DNA of 64,000 nucleotides. Origin: an uncultured Rhodobacterales bacterium (GTDB lineage Bacteria; Pseudomonadota; Alphaproteobacteria; Rhodobacterales; Rhodobacteraceae). Position 1 is the stretch's first letter, and each line of letters begins with the position of its first letter. The notes under the pieces are model-generated. The model was not told the DNA's origin. It made no database searches and saw nothing but the letters and a program-made list of their open reading frames with translations. This document shows, in pieces, positions 26,533 to 36,421 of this stretch. Location of the stretch: positions 30,141 to 94,140 of the forward strand of contig CAIMWI010000010.1 of assembly GCA_903845215.1 (NCBI GenBank), in the 5' to 3' direction. A program made the translations under genes and the position numbers.

Positions 26533-28707
26533 ATGACCCAGACCGATTTCCTCAAAGCCCCCTTCCCCGCAGCGGTTGCTTTCCCAGCGGCCGAAACCGC
26601 GGGGCCACGGCGCTTTTTTAACCGTGAATTGTCTTGGCTGGCCTTTAACTGGCGCGTCTTGGACGAGGCGACCAACCCCGCCGTGCCCTTGCTGGAACGG
26701 CTGCGCTTTTTGTCGATCTCGGCCACCAATCTGGATGAGTTTTACACCGTGCGTGTTGCCGGACTGCGCGCACAAGTGCGCAATGGCAACGCCCCCCTTT
26801 CCGACGATGGCCGCACACCTGCCGAACAGCTGGCTTTGATCCACGCCGATGCCCGCCGTCTGATGCAAATGCAGCAGACGGTCTTCAATAAGCTGAAAAA
26901 AGAAATGGAAGCGGAGGGGATTATCATCCTGACCCGCTCTAAGTTGACGCTGCGCGACTTAAAGGTGCTAGAGGAAAACTTCTTAAGCAAGGTGTTTCCC
27001 GTTCTATCACCCTTGGCGATTGATCCGGCCCATCCCTTTCCCTTCATCCCCAACACCGGTTTTTCGCTGGCGCTAGAGCTAGAGCGCGTGTCAGACCGCC
27101 GCACGCTAAAGGCGCTGCTGCCCATTCCCCAACAAGTCGCCCGCTTTGTGCCCTTGCCCGGAAAACCCGGGGAATCGCGGTTTTTGCCGCTGGAAGAACT
27201 GCTGCTGTTGCATTTGGATATGCTGTTTCCCGGTTATACCGATCGCGGCCACTGCATGTTTCGCGTGCTGCGCGACAGCGATCTAGAGGTGGAAGAAGAA
27301 TCCGAAGATTTGGTGCGCGAATTTGAAACCGCCCTCAAACGCCGCCGCCGAGGCGACGTGATCCGCCTGAAAATCTCTTCCGGGGCGCCCGAAGATTTGC
27401 GCGCCATGATCATGCACGAACTGTCCGTAACGCCAGATGAGGTGGTAGAGGCGCGGGGCCTGCTGGGTGTGGCAGACCTCAAACAACTGGTCCTGTCCTC
27501 GCGCCCTGATCTTCTGTGGCCGCCCTTTACGCCGCGCGTGGCCGAACGCGTGCAAGACCATGACGGCGATCTTTTTGCGGCCATTCGGCAAAAAGATATG
27601 CTGCTGCATCACCCCTACGAAACCTTTGACACGGTCATTCGCTTTTTGGAACAAGCGGCGCGCGACCCCGATGTATTGGCCATCAAACAAACGCTGTACC
27701 GCACCAGCCATGACAGCCCGATCGTCTCGGCCCTGTGCGAGGCGGCAGAAAATGGCAAATCGGTGACAGCGCTTGTTGAACTTAAAGCGCGCTTTGATGA
27801 AGCCGCAAATATCTTGCAATCGCGCCGTCTGGAACGGGCGGGGGCGCATGTGGTTTATGGCTTTACCCATATGAAAACCCATGCGAAAATTTCAACCGTG
27901 GTGCGGCGCGAAGGTGACAATCTGGTCACCTATACCCATTACGGAACGGGAAATTACCACCCCATCACCGCGCGGATTTACACCGACCTCAGTTTTTTCA
28001 CCTGCGACCCTGCCTTGGGGCGCGATGCGACCAAGGTGTTTAACTACCTGTCAGGCTATGTGCAGCCCACGGGCCTGGAAAACTTGGCCATCGCCCCGAT
28101 CACCCTTAAACCCCGCCTTCTGGCCCTGATCGCCGCAGAGGCCGACCACGCCCGCGCCGGACGCCCTGCCGAAATCTGGATCAAGCTCAACTCTCTGTTC
28201 GAACCCGATGTAATCGACGCGCTTTATGCGGCCTCGCAAGCGGGCGTGAAGATCAGCCTGATCATCCGCGGCATTTGCGGATTACGTCCGGGTATCAAGG
28301 GCTTGTCGGAAAATATTCGTGTAAAGTCTGTCGTGGGCCGCTTTTTGGAACACAGCCGGATCGTGTGCTTTGGCAATGGTCACGGCCTGCCATCAAACGA
28401 GGCGATGGTGTTCTTATCCTCAGCCGATTGGATGGACCGCAACCTGTCGCGCCGGGTGGAAACCTTGGTCGCCATCCACAATCCTACCGTGCGTGCACAA
28501 ATCATGGGCCAAATCATGGCCGCCAACTTGGCGGACGAGTCGCAAAGCTGGCTTTTGCATGCCAACGGCAGTTATGAACGCGATCTCGTCAAGGCGCAGG
28601 TGTCTTTGTTTAACTGCCACCGATTTTTCATGGAAAACCCCTCGCTGTCGGGGCGCGGTTCAGCGGGGATCAAGGACGCCCCCCTGTTGGCTGGGCCTGC
28701 CTACTAA
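26533..28707 (+). CDS. ppk1: polyphosphate kinase 1
   Basis: Start at ATG 26533. Has the FFNRELSWLAFNWRVLDEA N-terminus, the phosphohistidine region HMKTHAK, and two PLD-like C-terminal domains. Confidence 0.95.
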   Translation: MTQTDFLKAPFPAAVAFPAAETAGPRRFFNRELSWLAFNWRVLDEATNPAVPLLERLRFLSISATNLDEFYTVRVAGLRAQVRNGNAPLSDDGRTPAEQLALIHADARRLMQMQQTVFNKLKKEMEAEGIIILTRSKLTLRDLKVLEENFLSKVFPVLSPLAIDPAHPFPFIPNTGFSLALELERVSDRRTLKALLPIPQQVARFVPLPGKPGESRFLPLEELLLLHLDMLFPGYTDRGHCMFRVLRDSDLEVEEESEDLVREFETALKRRRRGDVIRLKISSGAPEDLRAMIMHELSVTPDEVVEARGLLGVADLKQLVLSSRPDLLWPPFTPRVAERVQDHDGDLFAAIRQKDMLLHHPYETFDTVIRFLEQAARDPDVLAIKQTLYRTSHDSPIVSALCEAAENGKSVTALVELKARFDEAANILQSRRLERAGAHVVYGFTHMKTHAKISTVVRREGDNLVTYTHYGTGNYHPITARIYTDLSFFTCDPALGRDATKVFNYLSGYVQPTGLENLAIAPITLKPRLLALIAAEADHARAGRPAEIWIKLNSLFEPDVIDALYAASQAGVKISLIIRGICGLRPGIKGLSENIRVKSVVGRFLEHSRIVCFGNGHGLPSNEAMVFLSSADWMDRNLSRRVETLVAIHNPTVRAQIMGQIMAANLADESQSWLLHANGSYERDLVKAQVSLFNCHRFFMENPSLSGRGSAGIKDAPLLAGPAY

Positions 28708-28820
28708 GCCAAAGCGTGCAGCGCAACGCCCCGCCTCACGCCGATGTGAAAGGCCCGATTGACCACGACAAGATCCTGCGCCATGGACAAGCCAAGACGT
28801 CCAATCGCGGGGAATCGACG

Positions 28821-30386
28821 ATGAGCAAACCACCCAAACCGACCCGCGCCATGCAAGACCAAATCGAAGCCGACAAGGTTCTGTTCGGCCGCAGCCTGTT
28901 TGACGACCCCTCGGCCCGCGCCCTTAGCCGCGTGGGCGTGGTGGATGTGGGGTCAAATTCCGTCCGTATGGTGGTGTTTGATGGGGCGGCGCGCTCTCCG
29001 GCCTATTTTTACAACGAAAAAATCATGTGCGGTCTGGGCAAAGGGCTGGCCGAAACCAACCGCCTGAACCCCGAAGGTCGCAAGCGCGCGCTGACGGCGT
29101 TAAAGCGTTTTGCTTTGCTGGCCAAGGGGATGGGGATCGAAAACCTAACCGTGGTCGCCACCGCCGCCGCCCGCGAGGCTGAAGATGGCCCCGAATTTCA
29201 ACAAGAGGTGTTGCAACAAACCGGCCTGAAAATTTGGGTGGTCGACGGCGACGAAGAGGCGCGCCTTTCGGCACAAGGCGTGTTGTTGGGCTGGCCTGAT
29301 GCCAAGGGCGTCGTCTGCGATATCGGCGGCAATTCGATGGAACTGGCGCGGATTGGCGACGGCAAAGTGGGGCGGCGCGCCACCTCGGCCCTTGGGCCGT
29401 TTCGCTTGCAGCAAGTGCAAGGTGGCCCCAAGGCGCGCGCCGATCATATTGATCGCCTGATCAAAGACTTACAGGCCAAAGTTCAATCACACGGCGAGCG
29501 GATTTATCTGGTGGGCGGATCGTGGCGCGTCATCGCCCGACTGGATATGGAGCGCCGCAATTACCCTCTGACTGTGCTGCATGAATACCGCATGATGCCC
29601 GAAAGCCTGCTGGAAACGCTAGACTGGATTCAAAACGCCGACCTTGGGGCCTTGCGCGCGCGCACCGGCACCTCTGCCGAACGGATGGAACTGGTGCCCC
29701 TCGCCTGCGAGGTTCTGCGCGAGGTGATCCTTATGCTCAAGCCGTCAGAAATTGACATCTCGGCTTACGGCATCCGCGAAGGGCTGCTTTACGAAGTGAT
29801 GCCCGAACGCCTGCGCCAACGCGACCCTTTGATCGAGGCGGCACGGGCGAGTGAGCAAACCGCAGCACGCATTCCGGGAACAGGCAAACGATTGTTCGAA
29901 TTCCTTCTGCCGCTTTTTCCGCAGGCCGATGCACAGCGCCTGCGCCTGATGAAAACCGCGTGCCTTTTGCACGACACCACATGGCGTGCCCACCCCGACT
30001 ACCGCGCCGAGGCCTGCTTTGACAATGCCACCCGCGCCAACCTTGGCGGCCTTGATCACCCCGGGCGGGTGTTTTTGGGCCTGTCCTTGCTGCATCGCTA
30101 TAAGAATTCACGCACCGGTTCGCGGCTGGAACCGCTGTTTCGCCTTCTCAGCGAAGCGCAGATCCAAGAAGCCGAGATCTTGGGCAAAGCCATGCGCTTT
30201 GGTGCCATGTTTGCCGGCGCAGACCCCGCACAAGCCGGACGTTTGGCCTGGAACGAAGCCGATCGGATACTGGAACTGCACCTGACGCGCGATGGTCAGG
30301 ATCTTTTCGGCGAAGTGGCGCAGGCGCGCTTGTCGTCGCTGGCGCTGGCCATGCGGGCGCAGATGCGTGTGGTGCCGCCAAGATGA
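28821..30386 (+). CDS. ppx: exopolyphosphatase (Ppx/GppA family)
   Basis: Start at ATG 28821. ASKHA motifs VVDVGSNSVRMVVF and VCDIGGNSMEL. Lies directly after ppk1. Confidence 0.9.
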   Translation: MSKPPKPTRAMQDQIEADKVLFGRSLFDDPSARALSRVGVVDVGSNSVRMVVFDGAARSPAYFYNEKIMCGLGKGLAETNRLNPEGRKRALTALKRFALLAKGMGIENLTVVATAAAREAEDGPEFQQEVLQQTGLKIWVVDGDEEARLSAQGVLLGWPDAKGVVCDIGGNSMELARIGDGKVGRRATSALGPFRLQQVQGGPKARADHIDRLIKDLQAKVQSHGERIYLVGGSWRVIARLDMERRNYPLTVLHEYRMMPESLLETLDWIQNADLGALRARTGTSAERMELVPLACEVLREVILMLKPSEIDISAYGIREGLLYEVMPERLRQRDPLIEAARASEQTAARIPGTGKRLFEFLLPLFPQADAQRLRLMKTACLLHDTTWRAHPDYRAEACFDNATRANLGGLDHPGRVFLGLSLLHRYKNSRTGSRLEPLFRLLSEAQIQEAEILGKAMRFGAMFAGADPAQAGRLAWNEADRILELHLTRDGQDLFGEVAQARLSSLALAMRAQMRVVPPR

Positions 30387-30994
30387 CCCTTACCTTCGAC
30401 CATATCGCGGTATCCGCCCGCACCTTGCAAGAGGGCGTTGATTGGGTCGAACACAGCCTTGGCGTAAAGATGGCCGGCGGCGGTGCCCATCCGCTGATGG
30501 CCACCCACAACCGCCTGCTGGGGTTGGGGGATCTTTACCTAGAGGTCATCGCCGTTGATCCCGCAGGCGCAGCCCCGTCCCACCCCCGCTGGTTTGACCT
30601 TGATCGCTTTTCCGGCCCGCCGCGCGTGACAAATTGGGTGATGCGCACCGATGATATGACGGCAGCCCTCGCCGCCAGCCCCAAGGGCTGTGGTGCGCCG
30701 CTGTCATTGGCGCGCGGCGATTACCGCTGGCAAATGGCGGTGCCGCGCGACGGTATCTTGCCCTATGACGGCGCTTTTCCTGCGCTGATCCAATGGCAAA
30801 CCCCGCTGCACCCGACCCAATCGCTGCCCGATTGCGGTGTGCGTTTGGCCAGCCTTACGATTGAACACCCCCAAACCGCCGAATTACAGGCGGCTTTGGC
30901 CTTGCACGACCCCCGCATCATCCTTGTGCAAGGCGCGCAAAAGGCCCTGACAGCCACGTTCCAAACCCCGCATGGCGAACGCATTTTGCGATGA
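30383..30994 (+). CDS. VOC/glyoxalase-like domain protein
   Basis: 203 aa. FDHIAVSA...HPLMATHNRLLGLGDLYLEVIAVDP resembles the glyoxalase-like (PF13468) fold. Overlaps the ppx stop. Confidence 0.65.
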   Translation: MTLTFDHIAVSARTLQEGVDWVEHSLGVKMAGGGAHPLMATHNRLLGLGDLYLEVIAVDPAGAAPSHPRWFDLDRFSGPPRVTNWVMRTDDMTAALAASPKGCGAPLSLARGDYRWQMAVPRDGILPYDGAFPALIQWQTPLHPTQSLPDCGVRLASLTIEHPQTAELQAALALHDPRIILVQGAQKALTATFQTPHGERILR

Positions 30995-31043
30995 ATATGG
31001 TGTTTTTTCCTGACAGGGCCGCGCAGTCGCGCTAAGATAATTC

Positions 31044-31718
31044 ATGTCGCTATGGTCTCGCATTGCCCAAGTTCTCAACGCCCTCGCCACTGGCGAGGGT
31101 TTGGGCACACTTTTTGACAGCCTAGGCCGCAATCCTGAACGATCAGTTGGCTTTACCATCGCTGTCATCGCCTTGGGCGCCAAAATGGCCAAAGCTGATG
31201 GCCAAGTGACCCGCGATGAAGTGGCAGCCTTTCGTCGTGTCTTCACCATCCCAAAGGCTGAAGAGGCCAGTGCCGCAAAGGTGTTCGATTTGGCCCGTCA
31301 GGATGCGGCGGGCTTTGATGCCTATGCCCGCAAAATCCGCGCCATGTTCAAACCCACCGACCGCGACGTGATGATTGACCTGATGGAGGGGCTGTTTCAT
31401 ATCGCCGTAGCCGACCGCACCTTTCACCCCGCCGAAGAGGCATTTTTGCGCAGCGTGGCGCAGATTTTCGGGCTGGATGATGCTAGTTTTCGCAGTCTGC
31501 GCGCCCGCCATGTGCAAGACGATCCCTATGCCGTGCTGGGGGTTGACCCGAATGCCTCGGATGACGTGGTGCGCAAAGCGTGGCGTGACGGTGTCAAAGC
31601 GTCTCATCCCGATGTGCTGCTGGCCCGCGGTGTACCGCCCGAGGCGGTGAAACTCGCCGAAGACCGCCTGCGCGCGCTGAACACAGCTTGGGAACAAATT
31701 TCAAAGGCCCGCGCATGA
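31044..31718 (+). CDS. DjlA-like co-chaperone (TerB-like N-domain + C-terminal J domain)
   Basis: TerB-type segment (AKADGQVTRDEVAAFRRVF) and a J domain (DPYAVLGVDPNASDDVVRKAWR...SHPD). Confidence 0.75.
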   Translation: MSLWSRIAQVLNALATGEGLGTLFDSLGRNPERSVGFTIAVIALGAKMAKADGQVTRDEVAAFRRVFTIPKAEEASAAKVFDLARQDAAGFDAYARKIRAMFKPTDRDVMIDLMEGLFHIAVADRTFHPAEEAFLRSVAQIFGLDDASFRSLRARHVQDDPYAVLGVDPNASDDVVRKAWRDGVKASHPDVLLARGVPPEAVKLAEDRLRALNTAWEQISKARA

Positions 31719-31806
31719 TAGCGGGCAATCGGCTAGGCTATATAACCGAATGTTCGGGAAAGCTTGGCGCCACACGTCGCCGCCTTGCGCCAAGATTGGA
31801 ACGAAG

Positions 31807-32961
31807 ATGCGCCTGTCGATAATTGGCGCGGCCTTGGTCGCGGCCTTGGTGGGCTATGGCAGCACCGTTGCCTTGGTGCTGGCAGCGGCGCAGTCGGTCG
31901 GGGCCACCCAAGCCCAAACGGCAAGTTGGCTTTTGGCGGTGTGTTTAGCAAAAGCCGTAGGCTCGGCGCTGTTGTCTTGGCGCACGCGCGTTCCTGTGGT
32001 GCTGGCATGGTCCACACCCGGTGCCGCGCTGATTGCCGCCAGTTCGGGCATCACCATGGCGCAAACTGTGGGGGCATTTGTCGTGGCTGGTGGCTTGATC
32101 GCCCTAACCGGTGCACTGCGCCCCTTGGGTCGGATGGTTGCGCAGATCCCCGACGGCATCGCTGCGGCCATGCTGGCGGGCGTCTTACTGCCCTTTTGCC
32201 TGAAAGGTTTGGCCGTCAGCAGCAGTTTGGGGGCCTTTGGCTTTATGCTGCTTGCGATCTTTGCGCTTGTGCGACGTGCCAATCCGGGATTGGCGGTCTT
32301 AGCGGCCCTTGGTGCGGGGCTGATCTTGGCCTTTGGGCCGGGTGGTGTGGCCTTGCCGGCCTTTGCCCCACCCCATCCCATCCTTACGTTTATTGCGCCT
32401 GATTTGCGTTTGGATGTGGTGATAGGGCTTGCGCTGCCGCTTTACCTTGTCACCATGGCTGGCCAAAATCTGCCCGGTTTTGCCACGCTGCGCGCAGCAG
32501 GGTATCAACCGCCGGTGGGCCAAGCCCTTCAAACCACCGGAGTTCTCTCTGCCATATCTGGGCTGTTTGGCGCCCATACCATCAGCATGGCGGCCATCAC
32601 CGCCGCGATCTGCCTTGGCGATGACGTCCACCCTGACCGCGACGAACGCTGGAAAGTGGGCCTGGCCTATGCGGCGGTCTGGGGTCTTTTGGGCATTGCA
32701 GGCCCATGGGTCATGGCCGTTTTGCACGCCATGCCGGCTGATATCGTGACCCTGCTTGTCGGCATTGCCCTTCTTGGCCCGCTGACAGGCGCGCTCACAA
32801 ACGCCTATGCCACCGCCGAAACCCGCTTTCCCGCCACCGTCACCTTGACCCTCACCGCCTCGGGCCTTGGCATCGCGGGCATAGGCGCGGCGTTCTGGGG
32901 CCTGTTGGCGGGCCTTAGCCTTCTCGCCCTTGACCAAGCCGCCAAAGCCCTGCGCCGCTAA
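31807..32961 (+). CDS. benE: benzoate/H+ symporter BenE family transporter
   Basis: Start at ATG 31807 (MRLSIIGAALVAALVGYGSTVALVLAAAQSVGAT...). Polytopic membrane protein that matches BenE family features. Confidence 0.75.
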   Translation: MRLSIIGAALVAALVGYGSTVALVLAAAQSVGATQAQTASWLLAVCLAKAVGSALLSWRTRVPVVLAWSTPGAALIAASSGITMAQTVGAFVVAGGLIALTGALRPLGRMVAQIPDGIAAAMLAGVLLPFCLKGLAVSSSLGAFGFMLLAIFALVRRANPGLAVLAALGAGLILAFGPGGVALPAFAPPHPILTFIAPDLRLDVVIGLALPLYLVTMAGQNLPGFATLRAAGYQPPVGQALQTTGVLSAISGLFGAHTISMAAITAAICLGDDVHPDRDERWKVGLAYAAVWGLLGIAGPWVMAVLHAMPADIVTLLVGIALLGPLTGALTNAYATAETRFPATVTLTLTASGLGIAGIGAAFWGLLAGLSLLALDQAAKALRR

Positions 32962-33032
32962 CCCCTTTCATATGTGCACAAATATCCCACGGGGGTGCGG
33001 GGGTGTGAAACCCCCGCGTCGCAAGGGCGGCC
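32962..33032 (+). repeat. ~70-nt intergenic two-hairpin repeat element (AT-rich box + GCGGGGG-TGTGAAA-CCCCCGC hairpin + 3' box GGGCGGCC)
   Basis: The box CCCCTTTCATATGTGCACAAATATCCC (32962-32988) is 26/27 identical to 61764-61790. The hairpin is at 32997-33017. The element fills the benE/uvrD convergent gap. Confidence 0.7.
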
Positions 33033-35380
33033 TAAAACGGCACGTCTGAAACCTGATGCGCGGGCATCACCCAGCGGGCGACGATCTTTTTGGAACCGGC
33101 ATGGTCAAATTCAATGTCCAGCTTGTCGCCTTCCACCAAAATCACCTCTCCATAGCCGAATTTCTGGTGAAACACGCGGTCGCCGATGCCGTAAGGTGAT
33201 ATGGCCTGTGCATCAATCACAATGCCCCGCGCCTCTTGCGGTTGGGCCATGCCGCGTGCGCCGGCGCGGTCTTGCATGCGCTTCCAACCGGGAGAATTAT
33301 AGACATCTGCCTTGGTCGCGCGCTGTTCAATCGCCGCGCCAAACCCTGACACCGCAGCGCCAAAACCACCCCCGTAAAGGCCGGGCGGCGTTAAGACCGC
33401 CACATGATCCGCCGGCAATTCGTCGATAAACCGGCTGGGCATCTGGCTTTGCCACTGGCCATAAACGCGGCGGTTGGACGCGAAAGAAATCGTGCACAAC
33501 CGCTCCGCCCGCGTGATGCCGACATAGGCCAAGCGGCGCTCCTCCTCTAAGCCTTTTTGGCCGCTTTCATCCATGCTGCGCTGGCTGGGAAACAGGCCGT
33601 CTTCCCAACCGGGTAAAAAGACCGCCGGAAATTCCAAACCCTTGGCCGCATGCAGCGTCATGATCGAGACTTTTTCAGCCGCCTCTTCCGTTTCATTGTC
33701 CATGATCAGCGAGACATGTTCCAAAAACCCTTGCAGGTTTTCAAACTGCTCTAACGCCTTGACCAGTTCTTTAAGGTTTTCCAACCTTCCGGGGGCCTCG
33801 GGGGTTTTGTCGTTTTGCCACATCTCGGTATAGCCAGATTCGTCCAAGATCTGCTCGGCCAGTTCGATGTGGTTGTGGGGCGCTTGGATCACCTGATGCC
33901 AGCGGTCGATATTGCCGACAAAGGCGCGCAGGTGGGCTGCGCCCTTGCCGCCCACCGCGCCCTTGGCCAAAACCTCGCGCGCACCGTCCAGCAGCGGCAC
34001 GCCCGCCAAACGCGCCGCGCGTTGCAGATCGGCTTGCGCCTTGTCGCCCAAGCCGCGTTTGGGGGTGTTGATGATCCGCTCAAAGGCCAGGTCGTCTTCG
34101 GGGCTAACGGCCAATCGGAAATAGGCCATCGCATCGCGGATTTCTTGGCGTTCATAAAAGCGCGGCCCGCCGATCACGCGGTAGGGCAGGCCGATGGTCA
34201 GGAACCGGTCTTCAAAGGCGCGCATCTGGTGGCTGGCGCGCACCAGAATGGCCATATCGTCCAGCCCCATCAGGCCAAGGCCGCGCCCGCCGCGTTGCAG
34301 TGCTTCGACCTCTTCGCCGATCCAACGGGCCTCTTCCTCGCCGTCCCAATGGCCGATCAGGCGGACCTTTTCGCCGCGGGTTTCTTGCGTCCACAGTGTT
34401 TTGCCCAAGCGCCCCGCGTTCGACGCGATCACGCCGGAAGCGGCCGCCAGAATATGCGGGGTTGAGCGGTAGTTTTGTTCCAGCCGCACCACTTTGGCCC
34501 CGGGAAAATCCGCCTCGAACCGTAAAATATTGCCAACTTCAGCGCCGCGCCAGCCGTAGATCGACTGGTCGTCATCGCCCACGCAGCAGATGTTGCGATG
34601 GCCTTGGGCCAAAAGCCGCAGCCACAGATATTGCGCCACATTGGTGTCTTGGTATTCGTCGACGAGGATAAAGCGAAACCAGCGCTGGTATTGCGCCAGC
34701 ACATCGGGGTGGGTTTGAAAGATCGTCACGCAATGCAACAGCAAATCGCCAAAGTCGCAGGCGTTAAGCGTCAGCAGGCGGGCCTGATAGGCCTCATACA
34801 ATTCCGTGCCGCGGTTGTTATAGGCGCTGGCGTCCGCTGTCGGCACCCGATCCGGCCGCAGCGCGCGGTTTTTCCAACCGTCGATCAGGCTGGCCAAAAG
34901 CCGCGCGGGCCAGCGTTTTTCGTCGATATTGGCGGCCGAGATCAGTTGCTTCATCAGCCTGATCTGATCGTCGGTGTCTAAAATCGTAAAGTTCGACTTC
35001 AGCCCCACCAATTCCGCATGACGCCGCAGGATCTTGACCGACAGCGAATGAAACGTGCCCATCCACGCGATGCCTTCCGAGGCCTCGCCCAGAATGCGGC
35101 CAATGCGAAGTTTCATTTCGCGTGCGGCTTTGTTGGTGAAGGTCACCGACAAAATCTCGTTCGGGCGGGCTTTGCCCATGGCCAAAAGATGCACAATCCG
35201 CGCGATCAGCGCCTTGGTCTTGCCCGTACCCGCCCCTGCCAGCATCAGCACCGGGCCATCCAACGCCTCAACCGCCTCGCGTTGGGCGGGGTTCAGGTCA
35301 TCCAGATAGGGCGCGGGGCGGGCAGAAAGCGCGCGGCGCGACAGGGGGATGGCATCAAATGGATCGGCAGAGTCGGTCAT
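33032..35380 (-). CDS. uvrD: ATP-dependent DNA helicase, UvrD/PcrA/Rep family
   Basis: 782 aa. SF1 motifs AGAGTGKTKAL, ILVDEYQDTN, VGDDDQSIYGWRGA and TLHAAKGLEFP. Confidence 0.85.
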   Translation of the reverse strand: MTDSADPFDAIPLSRRALSARPAPYLDDLNPAQREAVEALDGPVLMLAGAGTGKTKALIARIVHLLAMGKARPNEILSVTFTNKAAREMKLRIGRILGEASEGIAWMGTFHSLSVKILRRHAELVGLKSNFTILDTDDQIRLMKQLISAANIDEKRWPARLLASLIDGWKNRALRPDRVPTADASAYNNRGTELYEAYQARLLTLNACDFGDLLLHCVTIFQTHPDVLAQYQRWFRFILVDEYQDTNVAQYLWLRLLAQGHRNICCVGDDDQSIYGWRGAEVGNILRFEADFPGAKVVRLEQNYRSTPHILAAASGVIASNAGRLGKTLWTQETRGEKVRLIGHWDGEEEARWIGEEVEALQRGGRGLGLMGLDDMAILVRASHQMRAFEDRFLTIGLPYRVIGGPRFYERQEIRDAMAYFRLAVSPEDDLAFERIINTPKRGLGDKAQADLQRAARLAGVPLLDGAREVLAKGAVGGKGAAHLRAFVGNIDRWHQVIQAPHNHIELAEQILDESGYTEMWQNDKTPEAPGRLENLKELVKALEQFENLQGFLEHVSLIMDNETEEAAEKVSIMTLHAAKGLEFPAVFLPGWEDGLFPSQRSMDESGQKGLEEERRLAYVGITRAERLCTISFASNRRVYGQWQSQMPSRFIDELPADHVAVLTPPGLYGGGFGAAVSGFGAAIEQRATKADVYNSPGWKRMQDRAGARGMAQPQEARGIVIDAQAISPYGIGDRVFHQKFGYGEVILVEGDKLDIEFDHAGSKKIVARWVMPAHQVSDVPF

Positions 35381-35748
35381 GCGCCCGACCCTAGCGTGAA
35401 TTGCTTAGAATGGAAAGCGGTGTTCCACTTCTGTTCTGATTGCATGACAATGAAAGGTAGACGCCGCGATCAGCCCCCCAAGGGGTGCGATTGGCCCAAG
35501 GCTTTGGCCTTAGCGCTGGCTGCGGGCGAAGCCTTGGGATGGCTTGGCGCAAACCGCTTTCCGCCGCATCCAGCCCCGCCGTCGTTTCACCCTGAAAGGC
35601 GCAGCAGGTGTTAACGGCACCTGCCCGATCGGTTGGCGCACAACAGATCCGCCTTGTTCCAAAGCCCAAGCGCGATCACCCGCCGATCACGCGCTTGGCC
35701 CAACCACCCCTTGGCCCCAACGATGCACAGCTTGATCCGCCCTGCGCC

Positions 35749-36327
35749 CTAAACGGGTGCCGGATATTGTTCGCGCATCCCTTCGGTGTAGCGGCCAAAA
35801 AGACGGGCGAAGGTCACGATGTCTTGGGCAGGCCACTGGGCGAACAGGCGTATGGTGCGCTGCCATTTGGCGTCCAAAAACGCCTCCATCAAGGCCCAGG
35901 CCGCATCCGTTGGCACCAAAACCGACCGGCGGCCATCTTCTTGGCTGACACTGCGCTGCAGCAATCCACGATCCACCAAATCCGCCGCGATCCGGCTTGC
36001 GCGCGAAGGGTCAAGCGCCAGTTCCTCTGCCAGTAAGCCCACCGTTGCCTCGGCCGGCGGGCGGGCATAACCACCCCGAATGCGCAATATTGCAGACAGG
36101 GCGTGAAACTGGGTGGTTTCTAGGCCCAGGTTCAGCTCGCCCATCAAGCTTTGCGGCACATCGCCCTTCATCACACGGCGCACGAAGTGAAAGTGGTCGG
36201 CGTCTAACGAAAGCAGGGCCTCGGCCACTTCGGTTGCATGGCCTTGGGCCTGCAGCGTGGCTTTGATACGGTCATGAAGGCCTGTGGTGCGGGGAAAAGA
36301 CATAAGGTTGCAATAGGGGGAATTCAT
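35749..36327 (-). CDS. MarR family transcriptional regulator
   Basis: The wHTH region LAEELALDPSRASRIAADLVDRGLLQRSVSQEDGRRSVLV is typical of MarR. The start is ambiguous (TTG 36339, ATG 36327 or ATG 36303). Confidence 0.75.
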   Translation of the reverse strand: MNSPYCNLMSFPRTTGLHDRIKATLQAQGHATEVAEALLSLDADHFHFVRRVMKGDVPQSLMGELNLGLETTQFHALSAILRIRGGYARPPAEATVGLLAEELALDPSRASRIAADLVDRGLLQRSVSQEDGRRSVLVPTDAAWALMEAFLDAKWQRTIRLFAQWPAQDIVTFARLFGRYTEGMREQYPAPV

Positions 36328-36331
36328 TGCT

Positions 36332-36351
36332 TGTGTCAAGTATGTGACAAG
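36332..36351. promoter_or_regulatory. direct repeat TGTGTCAAG / TGTGACAAG spaced 11 bp in the marR-MFS divergent promoter region (candidate MarR operator)
   Basis: Read directly from the sequence. The repeat lies in an AT-rich spacer that also contains TTGACATATAAT (36366-36378). Confidence 0.35.
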
Positions 36352-36421
36352 AGCAAATCCATGCGATTGACATATAATTGCCCCTGTCCTAAGGCTGGCC
36401 AGAACCCTTTAGGAGACCACC

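Noticed and set aside
35391-35669. 92-aa minus-strand ORF in the long uvrD upstream spacer
   Set aside because: I see no ribosome-binding site. The sequence is Arg/Ala/Pro/Cys-rich and non-globular with no motif. I treat the region as non-coding pending RNA or homology evidence.
36366-36378. TTGACATATAAT, apparently perfect -35 and -10 hexamers
   Set aside because: The two hexamers are directly abutting (0-nt spacer), so they cannot act together as a sigma70 promoter. TATAAT alone may still serve as a -10 for the MFS gene, but that is unsupported.
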